DNA from: Bispira polyomma | Taxonomy: Eukaryota | DNA: 64,000 nt | Assembly: GCA_965649765.1 (NCBI GenBank) | Contig: OZ287748.1 | Coordinates: 16,616,001-16,680,000 of the forward strand | Reading direction: 5' to 3' | In this document: in pieces, positions 38,252 to 51,200 of the stretch | Layout of the letters: every line of letters begins with the position of its first letter | Position numbering within the stretch: position 1 is the stretch's first letter | Notes under the pieces: model-generated | What the model was told of the DNA's origin: nothing | What the model saw: only the letters and a program-made list of their open reading frames with translations | Databases searched by the model: none | Position numbers and translations under genes: made by a program

Positions 38252-38539
38252 AGTACATAAAATAAGTTTAAATGTCCATAATGTGGGTACCATACAAAAG
38301 AAGGTTCCGGTTTCTATACCGGGTACCAGTTGCTAATTGCATTGGTGGGATAACATCCTTGGGCAAGATGTGTACACACATTTGCCTAGTAGCTCGGATG
38401 ATCACTTAAATGGTGGTCCTCTGGCACTGGGTCCTATCCCTAGTGGCAGGCTAAAGATCATTAGGGACATTGATAAATGGCCATCCTCACGCCTCTTTCT
38501 TAAGTTCGGGGAATGACGGTAACTGAGGCAGTTGACTGT

Positions 38540-39682
38540 TGAAGTCAGGAAAGGGTTAATTAGCACTCTGAACAGGGAGGTCGTTCACATCCAGCAGAGC
38601 AGTGATCTTGTTCTTTTTGCTATTATCTATGGCAGCTAACCATTGGTCATTAGGATTTTCATCCACTGCATGTATTTTCTTTTCGGCTTTGCAAGCCGTT
38701 TCATAATGTCCTTGCTTTTTACAGAAGTTGCATGTACGCTTTGCTGCAAAACAATCTTCACGCGTGTTTTTGTGAATAGCACCAAAATACATAGTTATCA
38801 TACCATTTCGGCAAGCTTGTCATTGGTCGGGTGTCTGACTTTCAGCTCAGTCTTTTAAATTTGTACACTTTATCTATGTTTTTTTCATTTCTTTGGAACT
38901 CTTTAAAGATTGTTCATATGCTAGACCTATTTTAACGGCTTTCACTAGGTTCAGATATTTTCCCAATAATAGCAGTTCGTAGTAATTTTCTTCTATACTA
39001 AACACAATTTTGTCCCTCAACATTCATGCTTTTTCTCTGTATTCTTAGATTTTCTTTAACACCACTGCTGGTTTTTTTCCGTACTGCTTCTTCTGTAAAT
39101 TCCATGCACTGGAAGCTTATATTACTCGACTGCCGGCACAATCGAGAATAATAGCTGTGCTGTGCTTCTTTGGTACTGGCACCACTTGCCAGTAAGTAGA
39201 CATTATTTCCCTGCGCCTACATGTGCTAAGCGAAAATTGCAGTCACTTCTTGGATCAGAATTATATGTCCAGATATGTTCCCCATCATGTAACTGGAATA
39301 GGTTTGGCATACAAAGTCCAGAGGCCATTTTACTGTTAAAATACAAGTCAGTGTCTTTTCAGAAATATTGTCCATATAACAGTAACTCTATAGTATACTC
39401 TTTTAACCGCTGCTTCCATGTTAACAATGTATGATATAGTTAGGACATAAAACAAAACACAGACGCACAGGTACTTGTAGGACTTTTATTAAGAAGATAG
39501 TGGTTTTATTCATTAATGTACACAAAGTGCTATCATTTCATTCATTAATGTACACAAAGTGCTACTGTTCCCTAAAAACCGAAAACAACCAAAAACCGTC
39601 AAAACCGAAACTGTCCAGACAGACCCAAGTACTGTAAACAAACAGCTCTACACGGACATCGTTAATTGTATTACTGTATACA
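38540..39682 (-). mobile_element. Truncated Gypsy-like LTR retrotransposon: probable 5' LTR (about 39682-39419), PBS, decayed gag with zinc knuckle
   Basis: CNFCKKQGHYETAC (CX2CX4HX4C); TAACA|TGGAAGCAGCGG resembles a tRNA-Leu primer site; LTR start approximate. Confidence 0.72.
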
Positions 39683-41691
39683 TGTAGCTTCCAGTGAAAT
39701 TGTAACTCAGGAATATATGTGCAGTAAAAAACATCAAATTATTACAGGTTGGAACAACCACTAATAAGATAAGTCACTCGGCAGCCCATAAAGCTTTCAT
39801 GCTCCAGAAAAGTTATGGTTGTCCTAGCTCAGGAAGTAGTGCCCTTCTTAAGCAGCGCTTACACGCAATATACATATATGCGCTACGCAGGTGTAAGAAA
39901 CAGTAACTTTTGTATATAGAGCTAATCCTATGCTTTCTGGAAACAGGTAAAAAGGAGGCTTTTAGCAAGATATTCTGCATATAATGTCTACTGCTACATA
40001 TTCCAGAAAACTGACAGTCAGTTATTTGGTAAAACTTGAAGGGGTACATTGCAAGTCTGTACGTTTCTAATTGTTCAGCCAGCCGTAAGTCACTGGGCTT
40101 ATGTCTGGCGACAAGAACTTGAAAGCTGACACCCCAAAAATTATTGTATTTTCCTTTAATTCCTCGCAATAGTTATTTGTTAGTACGGCAAACTCCATTG
40201 TTAAAAATATATAAACACAAGGCCATTATCGAATGCCGGAAGTCGACTGTGGTGCGTTTTAATGACTCCATCTATCTGTAACCCATCACTGAAGAGTTTT
40301 CTTTAGTTCCCCGCAATAGTTTTCTCTTGGGGTCAAAAGGGCTAATGACTGTGGTATAATATAATAAAACAATTTCTAATAGTATGGAACTTTATTGTGA
40401 AAATACAGATACAAGCATTGTTCCAGTGCAACACGTGGCCACAATTACAACACTGAAGTAAATTTAATAACTGTTGGGCAGTTGAATTTGATGAAGATCT
40501 GTAAAAGGATTGTCGGTTTGTCACATATCTATTCTGTGAATATTGCCATCCTCCAATTCTGCACAATATTTATGTAGGGCTGTTTCTGGCAATGTTTTAC
40601 ATGGGTATCTGTAATATCTTAGATGAAGTAATAACAACTCCTGTGCTGTGTTATTTAAGTACTTAACAGTGACCAATTATTACGGAAACTAGCTTTAAAT
40701 TAATGAATATTAATTAAAGTCCATACATATATCAGTCGACACAAGCAATATTATGTTACTTTCCTTGAGTGCCATGCACTTGCAATGGATTGAGTACTGC
40801 AGATTTCTTTGGTTATAATATTCTACACGAGGCCACATTAGGGCACAATGAAATGGCGGAAGTCAGCTGTGGGGTTGTTTTAGTGCATCTGGCTATCTTC
40901 AACCCAATACCTAGTAATTTAGTTTTAGTATAGAGAAATACTGCTACATTGGTTACAAAGAGGTTAAGATTGTAAGAGGATATAAAGTTATCCCACATTT
41001 TACGTCAGTTTCCAAATACCCCCGTTTTACAGTTCACATAATATTGAGGCTATATTATTCAAGCTAAGAATATTGTGTTGGTACTACCCAACTAGCCTTA
41101 CTTTTTACTAAACACACAAATAAAATCCTGTCATTATCTGAACAAATTATCATCCCCCATGTTCAGATAAGATACAGATTCAACTAGATTTTTTAATACA
41201 ATTCATTTTTTACACAGCTTTCCAAATCTTTACTATTTCAACAAGATATTAGAAACAAACCCATACCACCCAAAAACGACAAAGGAAAAAATTAATTAAA
41301 GTTTTACAGGTACAAATAGTTTGTGAAATAAATAATATCCATTATGACATAAACAAATACATCAAATTTCTTACTCAAGTAATTCTGTTTTTAAAAATTT
41401 TTTACTCAAGTAATTCTGTTTTTAATTATTTCTAAGTATTTCTCATGATTTTACTATAAGTACTATGTGTCCTTTAACAGCTATCACTTTCAACCATTAT
41501 TGAATTTTCTAGATTTACAAGTACCAAAAACTGATTGATTTTTTTAATACTTCGGTTCATTATAATTATACTTGAACATTTTGTTTCATTATTGTGGATT
41601 GTACATGTATATAATTTTAAGAAGCTATATATTAGAAATCAGACAAAAAAAATTAATGGCAAATATTTACTCAATGCTGGTGTGTATTTAA

Positions 41692-42131
41692 CCCTGTTCC
41701 ACTATGCCGATCATAGCCCCGACCATTACCATTATGCTTTCGGGGCATGCTCTCTCTTTTGCTCCAATGACATTTGATAAAAGACTCATCTTTTCCATCC
41801 AACAACTTATCTTTTTGAATCGGCCACTCCAAGGACCAAAATCGCAGGAAAAACTGACAAAAATTTACCTCAAACAGCAGGAGTCATCACTCGGGAGGGC
41901 TGGCAGACTTATCTTTGTGGCGTTGTGATGGGGTTAAGACTAATCTTTTTAAGGTTAAGACTTATCTTTTTAAGGTTAAGACTTATCCTTTGGGCCCTCC
42001 CGACTTATCCTTTCAATCTTTGCATTCAAATTTATGCTAAATTCTCCAACCTTTTGTCAAAAATTCCTCCCGAGTGACCAAGATAATACAATCGGCCCCA
42101 CTCCCCGATCAGTCTTGATAGTGGAACAGGG
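41692..42131. mobile_element. MITE with 14-bp TIR CCCTGTTCCACTAT, about 140 bp downstream of the TUSC3 stop
   Basis: Perfect TIR; a related terminus at about 17690-17731. Confidence 0.75.
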
Positions 42132-42269
42132 GCATATCTAAACAATCACAGCAATTTCTCACACCTGACACAACATTATTTATACACAAATTGCACTACT
42201 TTAAAAACTGTAGAATTATTTCATATACTGGAGCTCTCTTCTGTGAGTATCCTTCTTGTTTTCACACTT

Positions 42270-42285
42270 CTATTTGAATAAAAAG
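42270..42285 (-). CDS. TUSC3: TUSC3/MAGT1 terminal coding segment (S-FLFK*)
   Basis: tttattttcag|C TTT TTA TTC AAA TAG completes a YPYSFL-type C-terminus in the correct phase. Confidence 0.85.
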
Positions 42286-45200
42286 CTGAAAATAAACAAA
42301 ACACAAATAGTTTCCACACTTGCTTAGGAAGGCAGAGGACCTGGGTTCAATCCCATTCTGGAGCTCCTATTTACAATACTGACACATTAGTGGCTTGGAC
42401 GACCACTTAAAATGATAAGTATCCTCATACCATGGGGTCCTATCCCCAGTGGCAGGTTAAAGAACCTCTAGGACGTTAATAAATGTTCTCATCCTCAAGC
42501 CTCTGTCTTCAGTTAGGCGGAATGGCAGTTACTGGTGCTGGTTGGCCATACTATGTTGGTAGTCAAGAAAAGGTTAACCAGCCCTTTATATACCAGACAA
42601 AGGTAGAGATAAACGTAAAAATTTGTGTAGGAGTATGAATCCAAATAAACAAAATACAAAAGATGGGACAGAATATACACGAATGATGACACTTTCATGA
42701 GACCCCACCCCCACTTCTTCTACTAAAGTTTCAGTTCATAGTCCATGGGCTTGATAGAATTTGAATTTCGTTGGTTTTTACGTTGCTTTTAACAACTTAG
42801 GTCACACCACGATGGCAAGATTTAATGGTGGAAGAAACCCGTGCAAAAGCCACTGTAAACCACCGACCTGCGGCAAGTACCTGGCAAACTTTGCCACGTG
42901 AAGGAATGAACGGGGATTCAAACCCCACATTGGTAAGAGGCCACTGATTATTAGCTAGCTCTTTTAACCACTAGACCACAGCGGCCTCTTTATAGAGTTC
43001 ATAAAGAGAGCTTAAGGTAACACTCAAAGCTAGTTTATGAATGTAGAAAGCAGTAAAAAAAGGTTTGCAATATTTTTTTAGTACATAAAATGTTCTAAGA
43101 TGTGTACATGAGCTTTAATCCTTTATAAAACATTGTTACATTTTGCCTCTAACCTAATATCTTTGATTAACTTTTTAATATACTGTCTAGACATTCATTA
43201 TGTTGTGGAAAAAACAATCATGGACTTTCCGTCAAAATAAAAGAAATTGTTCAGCCATTACATACTTTATCCGACTAGTTCATACTTAACTAGAACCGAA
43301 TGGAGTGGCCCTGGGGGCCACAGCATCAGTTGTGCTGACAGTGTGTTTGAAATGTTAATGGGTAGTGGTGTGATGTGTTGTTTGATTTGTTTGAAGATGT
43401 GTAATGAGTAGTTCAAGAGTGTAGTAAAGGCGTTAGCAAGGTATTATGATCAGAGAATGAACAGAAGATGGAAGAGAATATAAAACAAAAGACAAGTGTA
43501 GTTACACTAATCCCTGCAGAAATTCAAAGCCAAAGCCTTTGTAGCTGCTGACAATCCCTCTCTTCACACACACCCACCACACAATTTTATGATCCCCCCA
43601 AAAAAAAATGCAAAAAAAATTTATGACCCCCAAAAAATTTTATAACTATAAAAAAAATTTTATGACTATAAAAAAATTTTATGACTATAAAAAAAATTTT
43701 AAAAAAACTTTATGACACCCCAAAATTATATAACAAATAAAAATTTATGACCCACAAAAAAGTTACAAATATTTTATCACCCCCAAAAAAAGATAAGAAT
43801 TTTTTATGACCCCCACCCCCTACAAAAACATTTTATTCCCTCCATAATAAAGTATATTATATATTATGCCAAGGAAAAACAAATGAACAACACACACTAG
43901 CTGCCCACACACACTTAGACAAAGAAAAAGAAGGAAAACCAATTAAAGAGAAAAACATCAAAAAGAAAAACAACTAGCAACACACACAGGCTTGCCTGGA
44001 AGAAACACTACCATTGGCACACTCCTACTGTAAGGGCCGCCCCCACCATAAGACACAAAAAACAGTTTGTGGCTGTCAATCATTTTCAAACTTAAATCTG
44101 ATTTCTTAACATCCTTCCACACTTTATATCGCGGCAACGAATACATATTTCAACTCAAAAAATATTTTGGACCATCTACACATATATATGTACACATATA
44201 CCAAAAGTCAGACCTCAGCTCTGGCTACGAGCGGACATTACCCTGCAGACATCCGGTAACCATGCTATCGCAAAGGAGTCAGGCTATCCATGGTATAATA
44301 ACATTGTCTGCCTTTGGCAGACACATGGCAACTGACGTAATTCGACAGACACATGGCAACTGACGTAAAAACTCATTTCCACTGTCAGAAACTGATATTT
44401 TCCTGTTGGTTTTTAACTGAAATGCCTCTTCTATGTCATGAACTTTCTATTGTTCGAACATATTCTACCTCTCCCAAGGTGTCCAGATAATAATGGTTCT
44501 TCAGTGGTTACAAAGTTAGATCTTCCTTCATACTGTCCTTATATTATAAGACAATAGGAATTTATCAATTTGGAAAAGTTAAACAGAGTTTAATTTTCCC
44601 TTTTTACATACCAGGGTCTTAGAGGATGTTCTCATCAATTTGGCACTATACAAATGTTTCAATTATTATATAGTTCATCAAAATTGAATATAGAGAAGAT
44701 AATTTTGGGTAAGATGTTCTACTGTCTACTTTACATACAGGTGAGCATACCTGTAGGGGTAACCTTGGTACTTGGCTCTGAACACAGATAGCAGAAGACT
44801 AAAGAATAAGGCCACAGCCCCAAGTCCGCCCAGGGCCATAACTGAAATACAATGCACAGTAAACAGTAAACTTATAGACAATAGTGCCTAGCCCTCTCAC
44901 AGACATATCTGAAATACAACGAACAGTAAACAGTAAATATTTAGACAATAGTGCCCATCCCTCCTGAGGCCATACCTGAAGAACAACACATAGTAAACTG
45001 GAAACATATAGCACAATAGCAGCCAGTCCTCCCACGGCCATAACTGAAATGAAACGCAGATATTTCAACTGCAAATATCTAGGTAATAGCGTCCAGCCAT
45101 CCCAGGGCTATATACAGATATACAAACATATAATAACTTAATCATTTGACAAACTTTTGAAATACTATTTTTACTGGATTAGTTTTCTTTTTACTCTAGT

Positions 45201-48200
45201 TTTTAATTATTTTTTTTACATCTTTTCCTCTTCTTTTTTTCAATTACTGTGGATTTTAAATACTTGAATTCAAATTATTATGATATTAAGAGTACGAATA
45301 AAGTTTTACATATATACATATGTTACTAAGGGCAATACACTGAAACCTCTATTATCTGAACACGTTGGGAGAACAAAAATTGGTTCACATAATGGAAGGT
45401 TTATAATATAGAAAAGCATTTTAGTATACAAATTTAAATTTAGTTAGCCAGATTCAAAGGTAAAAGAATCCAGCACTAAAGCACTGTAAACCATCAACTG
45501 CATGGCAACAACCTGACAAACCTTCCCAGCTGAAGGAACAAATAGGATTCAAACCAGTGGGGCCAGTGATTGTGAAGCAGGCGCTTCTAACCCACTAGGC
45601 CACCACGGCATTTTAGTGTAAAACACCAGGAAAACATATATTTTGGAGAGTGAAACTGTGTTTATAAAACTGCAATGTTCAGATAATAGAATTTCTGCTG
45701 TATCAAGACATACTTCTCTTTTTGCCACCATCCCCCTTGATGAGATTAGCTTCATTCAGTAAAATCATCCCTAGTGTGACTGCAGCATCTGAACAAAACG
45801 GTTAAGGAACTCTGGAGCAATTACAACGTTTTGCAAAGAACACGCGGTTGTATCTGCCAATTCAGTCTGCTGAAGACTTGCTAATGATTAAACTTGCCTT
45901 TTACTCAACTCGCCAGTAGTTAAACCCAAATTGAATATGTTTTTGTAACACGAGGAGAAATGGCTGTAACTATGTATATGTATTGGTAGTGCTGGAACGA
46001 TTGTCGGCAAACATCGATGTGTCGGTCGAGATAGCTTATAATATCAAACATCAATCCCACCACGTCATTCATCGATTAATCACCAAATGCTGTTCCTAAC
46101 TTCAACTAATACATATTTTGACGTTTACATGTGATTTAAGATAGTTTTTAACCCCAATAAAGCAATTTTTGTCACTCTTATATTTGTTTTCGTTCACCAT
46201 AATGTTTACCGGAAGTCATATAGGTAAGCGGTAGATACTTAAAGTCAAATGTTTGAATTTGACCTCATTCTTAACAGATCACAATATATTCAGCCTGGCT
46301 AGAATAACTAACTTAATACTTTATTACAATATAATTATGTGAATAATCGATTTTAGGTTGATCATCAGTCGGAAAATTAAGCAATTAATTGACCTGCAAA
46401 GTCAAACCAATTCCCAACACTATGTATTGGAACAGTAGTTTTTACCCTAATTCTAAAATAAAGTACACTACGACACGAACTGGCTTTGTTTAAACAGCTT
46501 AGTTTTTAGTAATAAAGCAGACAACAGAAGATATAACATAATGACAGGGTTTGTATAATAAATTATATACTAATGGACAAGTATATCAAATATTTTACAC
46601 TGAAGTCATTTAAATGAGCACTTTGGACTCGGGGCGTTTGAAGAATGCAGAGTGAAACTCGAGTAGACACAGTAACTGTAGCAAATACAGTGACAGAGAA
46701 TGTTTCAGTGATGGAACTGCCATACTATAGAACAGTGGTAGTCGTAGTACAGCTATATTATTATTAGCCAATTATCTATACAGTGAACCTATATATTGCC
46801 TGGTGTACATTGATTTTGCCACAGTTTTTACTGGGCCATTTATTTTAATATAGGGAAGCATTGAAATGTAGAGGTTAAAACTTTTTTTTAAATTTTAAAT
46901 GAATACATTATGGAGACTAATTTGACCTAAAGTTGTTACATTTCCTTTGATGGAGATCTAATAAAAGATGCTCCATAATAATAAAAACCAATACAATAAT
47001 GTCTCTTATGGAAAAGCGATAGATGTATAAACTACATTTTACCTTTGATGCCTTTCAATAATCAAAACCAATAGACAATAGATATTGCCTCAGCTGTCAT
47101 ATATCGATCAGATATGTCACGCAGGAACCAGGGGATGCGTTTATCAAAGGTCTTTTAATTTAAAACTCCTGCTTGAAGTCTCAAATCCAACATATAGAAA
47201 TGGAAATAACCCAGACATGACGAATACAAATAGAAATGGAAATAACCTAGGCATGATGAATACTAAACCTACGAGTCACAGTATGCATGTTATTTTTTCC
47301 ATTTGATTATCGTCCACACAGACTGGATGCATTAGTCGATGCATGGAAAAAAAAAAAATCTGCTAAAGAAACATACTCAAACTGTTTTCCACAGTGTAAG
47401 AGTATCAGAGTAGAAGTGATATATTGATCTCTTAACTCGTCGTTGCGGCTTTAGATGTTACTACTCCTTTTAATAGAGCTTTTAGCAAGAAACTAAATAA
47501 GTCATCAGATTTTAGACATTGTTATTGTACACAAAGACACAAGAGACCATATTAGTTTGGATAATCAAGCTTATCTACCCTTGTAAAACACATTAGCTGG
47601 TAGATTTTGTTTTTACCTTTTCACAAAAAAGGGATTCCATGTACAAAAAGATACTTAACAAGATGACGAGGTATGACTCCACAATAAACTGTGTGTCAAA
47701 ATCTGGGTACACAAAGTTCTAGAAGGAAGAAAAAACACACAGAAAGAAAAATAGTCAATGAGATAGGACGTGAACAAACAAAAGGTCAAAGGTCATCAAA
47801 GGACACAACTCAAATGGGGGGGCAACTAGTTTGGGGGGAGAGAGGGGGGTGGGGGATTACTCAATCACACCACAATATAACCAACCACCCAGAACACCCA
47901 AGAGAACTCTGAAAGAGTCGAAGGTGGCCCCTATTAAGAGACAGTCTTTATATAAGAGGTAGAATATTATTAACATTAGTCTTCAGAAAATGTAACTGTG
48001 GGTTTTTATGCAGTGGTGAGTCTCTGCAAAGATGTGGTCCATCAAGCAGGTTTGACTGTATGATCTTTAACAGAGGTAAATACAGACAGCCCACCTCTGT
48101 ATAACGACCACAGTTCTTAATTCCTAAGTCTAATATTTAACCTCTATTAATGATCCAACCTCTATATGAAGATCATCTGTCAATAAAGACCACTTTGAGG

Positions 48201-51200
48201 GCCCCCTTGGCTGGGCTTTATATACAAGTTTTATTGTATTCATTGTACTCGTGTGTCATAACACTCCCACAAATATGGAGTAACTCCACCCCCAACCCCC
48301 CTGTTATTTCCCACCAAAACAAATGTAAACCTTCAACCACCCCACCCCCACCCCCCCCACCCCCCCTCTCTCTAATCATGCAACAAAACATAAAACATCA
48401 AGAACTAAGAGCCCAAAACTGTCAAACAAGTTAGAAAGGAACAAAAAAGGTTAACACAAACATGGTAAGAAGGGTGGTGGGAGTATATAGGCGTATTTGT
48501 TCAGGGAGGGATATGGGGAGGGGGGCAAGTATAATTTATCAGCAACACACAACCATGCTATTCACTGGGAAAATTGGTATTACATCACCACCTTTCTGAA
48601 ATACACATTAAAGTATCAAAGGACACAACCTCAGTATTATTTGTGAGCTACATCACCACTGCTTTATCTTTATCCAAAAACAACACAATTTTTAAAAGCC
48701 CAGAAGTAGGTTGCAAAGGGTTTTTTTTTTCTAGAATAAAGTCAGAGAAACAAGACAAACCAAAGCAAGAAAAGAAATTACTGCAACAGAAGTTACGAAA
48801 ACACTCGCTACTGGTTCATCTAAGATTACGCGGTGGTCAAAGGGACATGGTGAATATAATACCCATAAGGTCAAGGGTCAGACCAATTCACGGAGGTCAA
48901 ACCTTTCAAGGTCAATAGCATAACTGCAAGGTCAAAGGTTAGACACAAGTCACGGAGGTTAAAGGGTAACATTTTAAGGTCAAAATAATAACCCTACCAT
49001 CTAAGTTTATACATAATTCACAGAGGTGAAAGGGTAACCTTTCAAGGCCAACATAATAACCAAAAGGTCAGTGTTTAGACATATGGTAGAATCTCGATTT
49101 TTTTTTTTTGCAATCCAGTCGCCACCGATACCAACAGGTTACCAAGTAAATCTCAAATTCCACACCAAAAGAGTTAAAATAGCAATAGAAAACCTTAACA
49201 AATTCTGCATTCAACATAAAATTCCTAGATAATGGAAGAAAGGATTCATTTTAACCAAACCCATGAGCTTTATTAGAATACATTTCAAATAGCCACACAC
49301 ATGCCCTAAATAAATTGACTTTCCCTCAATTTTCTGAATATTACAGTATTTCATCACACAAACAACTCATTAATATATCCCTATCCTAATCAGTCACTGT
49401 TTATTCTGCTGTCAGTCACTTTCTGTTTCAGCACATTCCAATAATATAACGTAAAACCTTTGAGTAAGGTCACTTCCTGATAGCCTTAAAATAAAAGTGT
49501 GAGAACATACAAGATATTTGTCAGCAACAGAATCAGAAAAGAAACAATGGATGCAGTCTAAACACTGAATAAATTAAATATTACTCATTGTTACAGTTTG
49601 TTAACTCTAATCCAATATCAAGGATTCTGATTTTTGTACTGCATAAGCTTTTTGCTAAAACTCATCTTATTTTGAAACTCCCTTTTATTTTTTTGCAAAT
49701 GTAATACTGGAATGTATGATTCAACTAAATATTGCAATACATCACAATACGATTTTCCCGCCCAATACTCACCCCCATTTAAGAAAGGTAGATAACTCCC
49801 TATCTCAAGTTACGACTTCCAAAGCTTCAGACTTACACTGAGAACCTCTACCCACTACTAGTGTGCTTAACGGTGTAACCTGGTATCATGCCGCATTTTG
49901 AATAAATCTGGCGATCACATCTGAGGCGTTTATAACCTAGTAATTTTAGTATTAGTTTTCAGGCCGAGAAAATCATGCGAAGAATTAACCAGGCAGGGGG
50001 AGGGAAATGGACCAGTTCCCATTATTACCACATATATACAGAAATATGATATATGGCACTATGGATGTTAATGTGGGTTTTTTATTAGGCTCAGCCTGAT
50101 AATGTTTTCACTTTGAAAAAGGCGTAGACTAATATTTCTCGCATTGTGCGCCTGTGTCTTTTTTAAAAGACACCTCTTGTTTTTTGTATTTGTTTCAGCA
50201 GCCAGTGTGTACACCAATTAAGGATACTGAGAAAGATGACAATGTAGGTCTCCACTATAAACTGCCCCTGGCTGCTACCATGGACATACATCTGAAAAGC
50301 AAAATAATGCAACACCCTAATACCACAAAACAGATCAAAACCTCTGCCTGTACACATTCTCACATGCTACCAGCTCCTAGTGCATAGAGTTCGAACAACA
50401 TTCGCAAATTCACTGGACAAGGCACGGACATGTTGGATTTTGGGCGTATGATTTGTAAATATTTGATATTTAGAGAATAATGTTGCTTTAAACGCATTGT
50501 ACAGGTCTTATCACAACAGACAGGCTCAGTGCTTAAGGAAACCAGTGCATACTAGTTGGTCAAGATTCTACACTGGAAACCAGCGATTATTGGCAAGTAA
50601 CTGCCAACTTACCCACTTAAAGCCCCAGCTGAGATTTGAACCATAGAGGTGAAAGGCGAGTTTGTTAGCACTGTGCCACCGAGGCCCCAATTTTGGCTTA
50701 TGAATACAAAAATTCACTGATGCAACCTTCTACCCACATCCTCTCAAAAATTTAACGGATTCTTACTTGGTCAGTGTCGCATTTCTCAATCGAATTCCAT
50801 ATAAATCAGTTCAGTGCGAAAACAATGTTCAAAGTTCTATCAACATAAAAGTTCAATAAAAGACAATTTGCAAAGAATACTTAGATAAGTAAGATCCAGT
50901 CCAAAAACTGGCATTTGTGGGTACCAGTTTCATTTAATATAATACAGAAACAACAAAAATAATTCTCTCATGCAATTAGTAAATTGTAAATAATACATCT
51001 GTTAGTATCCATTTCAAACAGATTACTTAAAGGAAACACGCACATAAACAAATAAGACCCCACTCTATATAACAGATGGCATTGTAGCAAATCGGTCAAA
51101 TTAATACTTCTAAATTAAAGATGTATTTATATTTGACTGAATACTTTATAAACAACCCAAAGCTTTAATGCAATCTAAATTTAATGTATGATATATATTT

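Noticed and set aside
44799-45074. Hydrophobic ORF with [11 protein letters not shown] resembling a duplicated alternative TUSC3 exon
   Set aside because: Only the first few codons are copied as part of the 67-bp repeat; there is no complete exon or YPY motif
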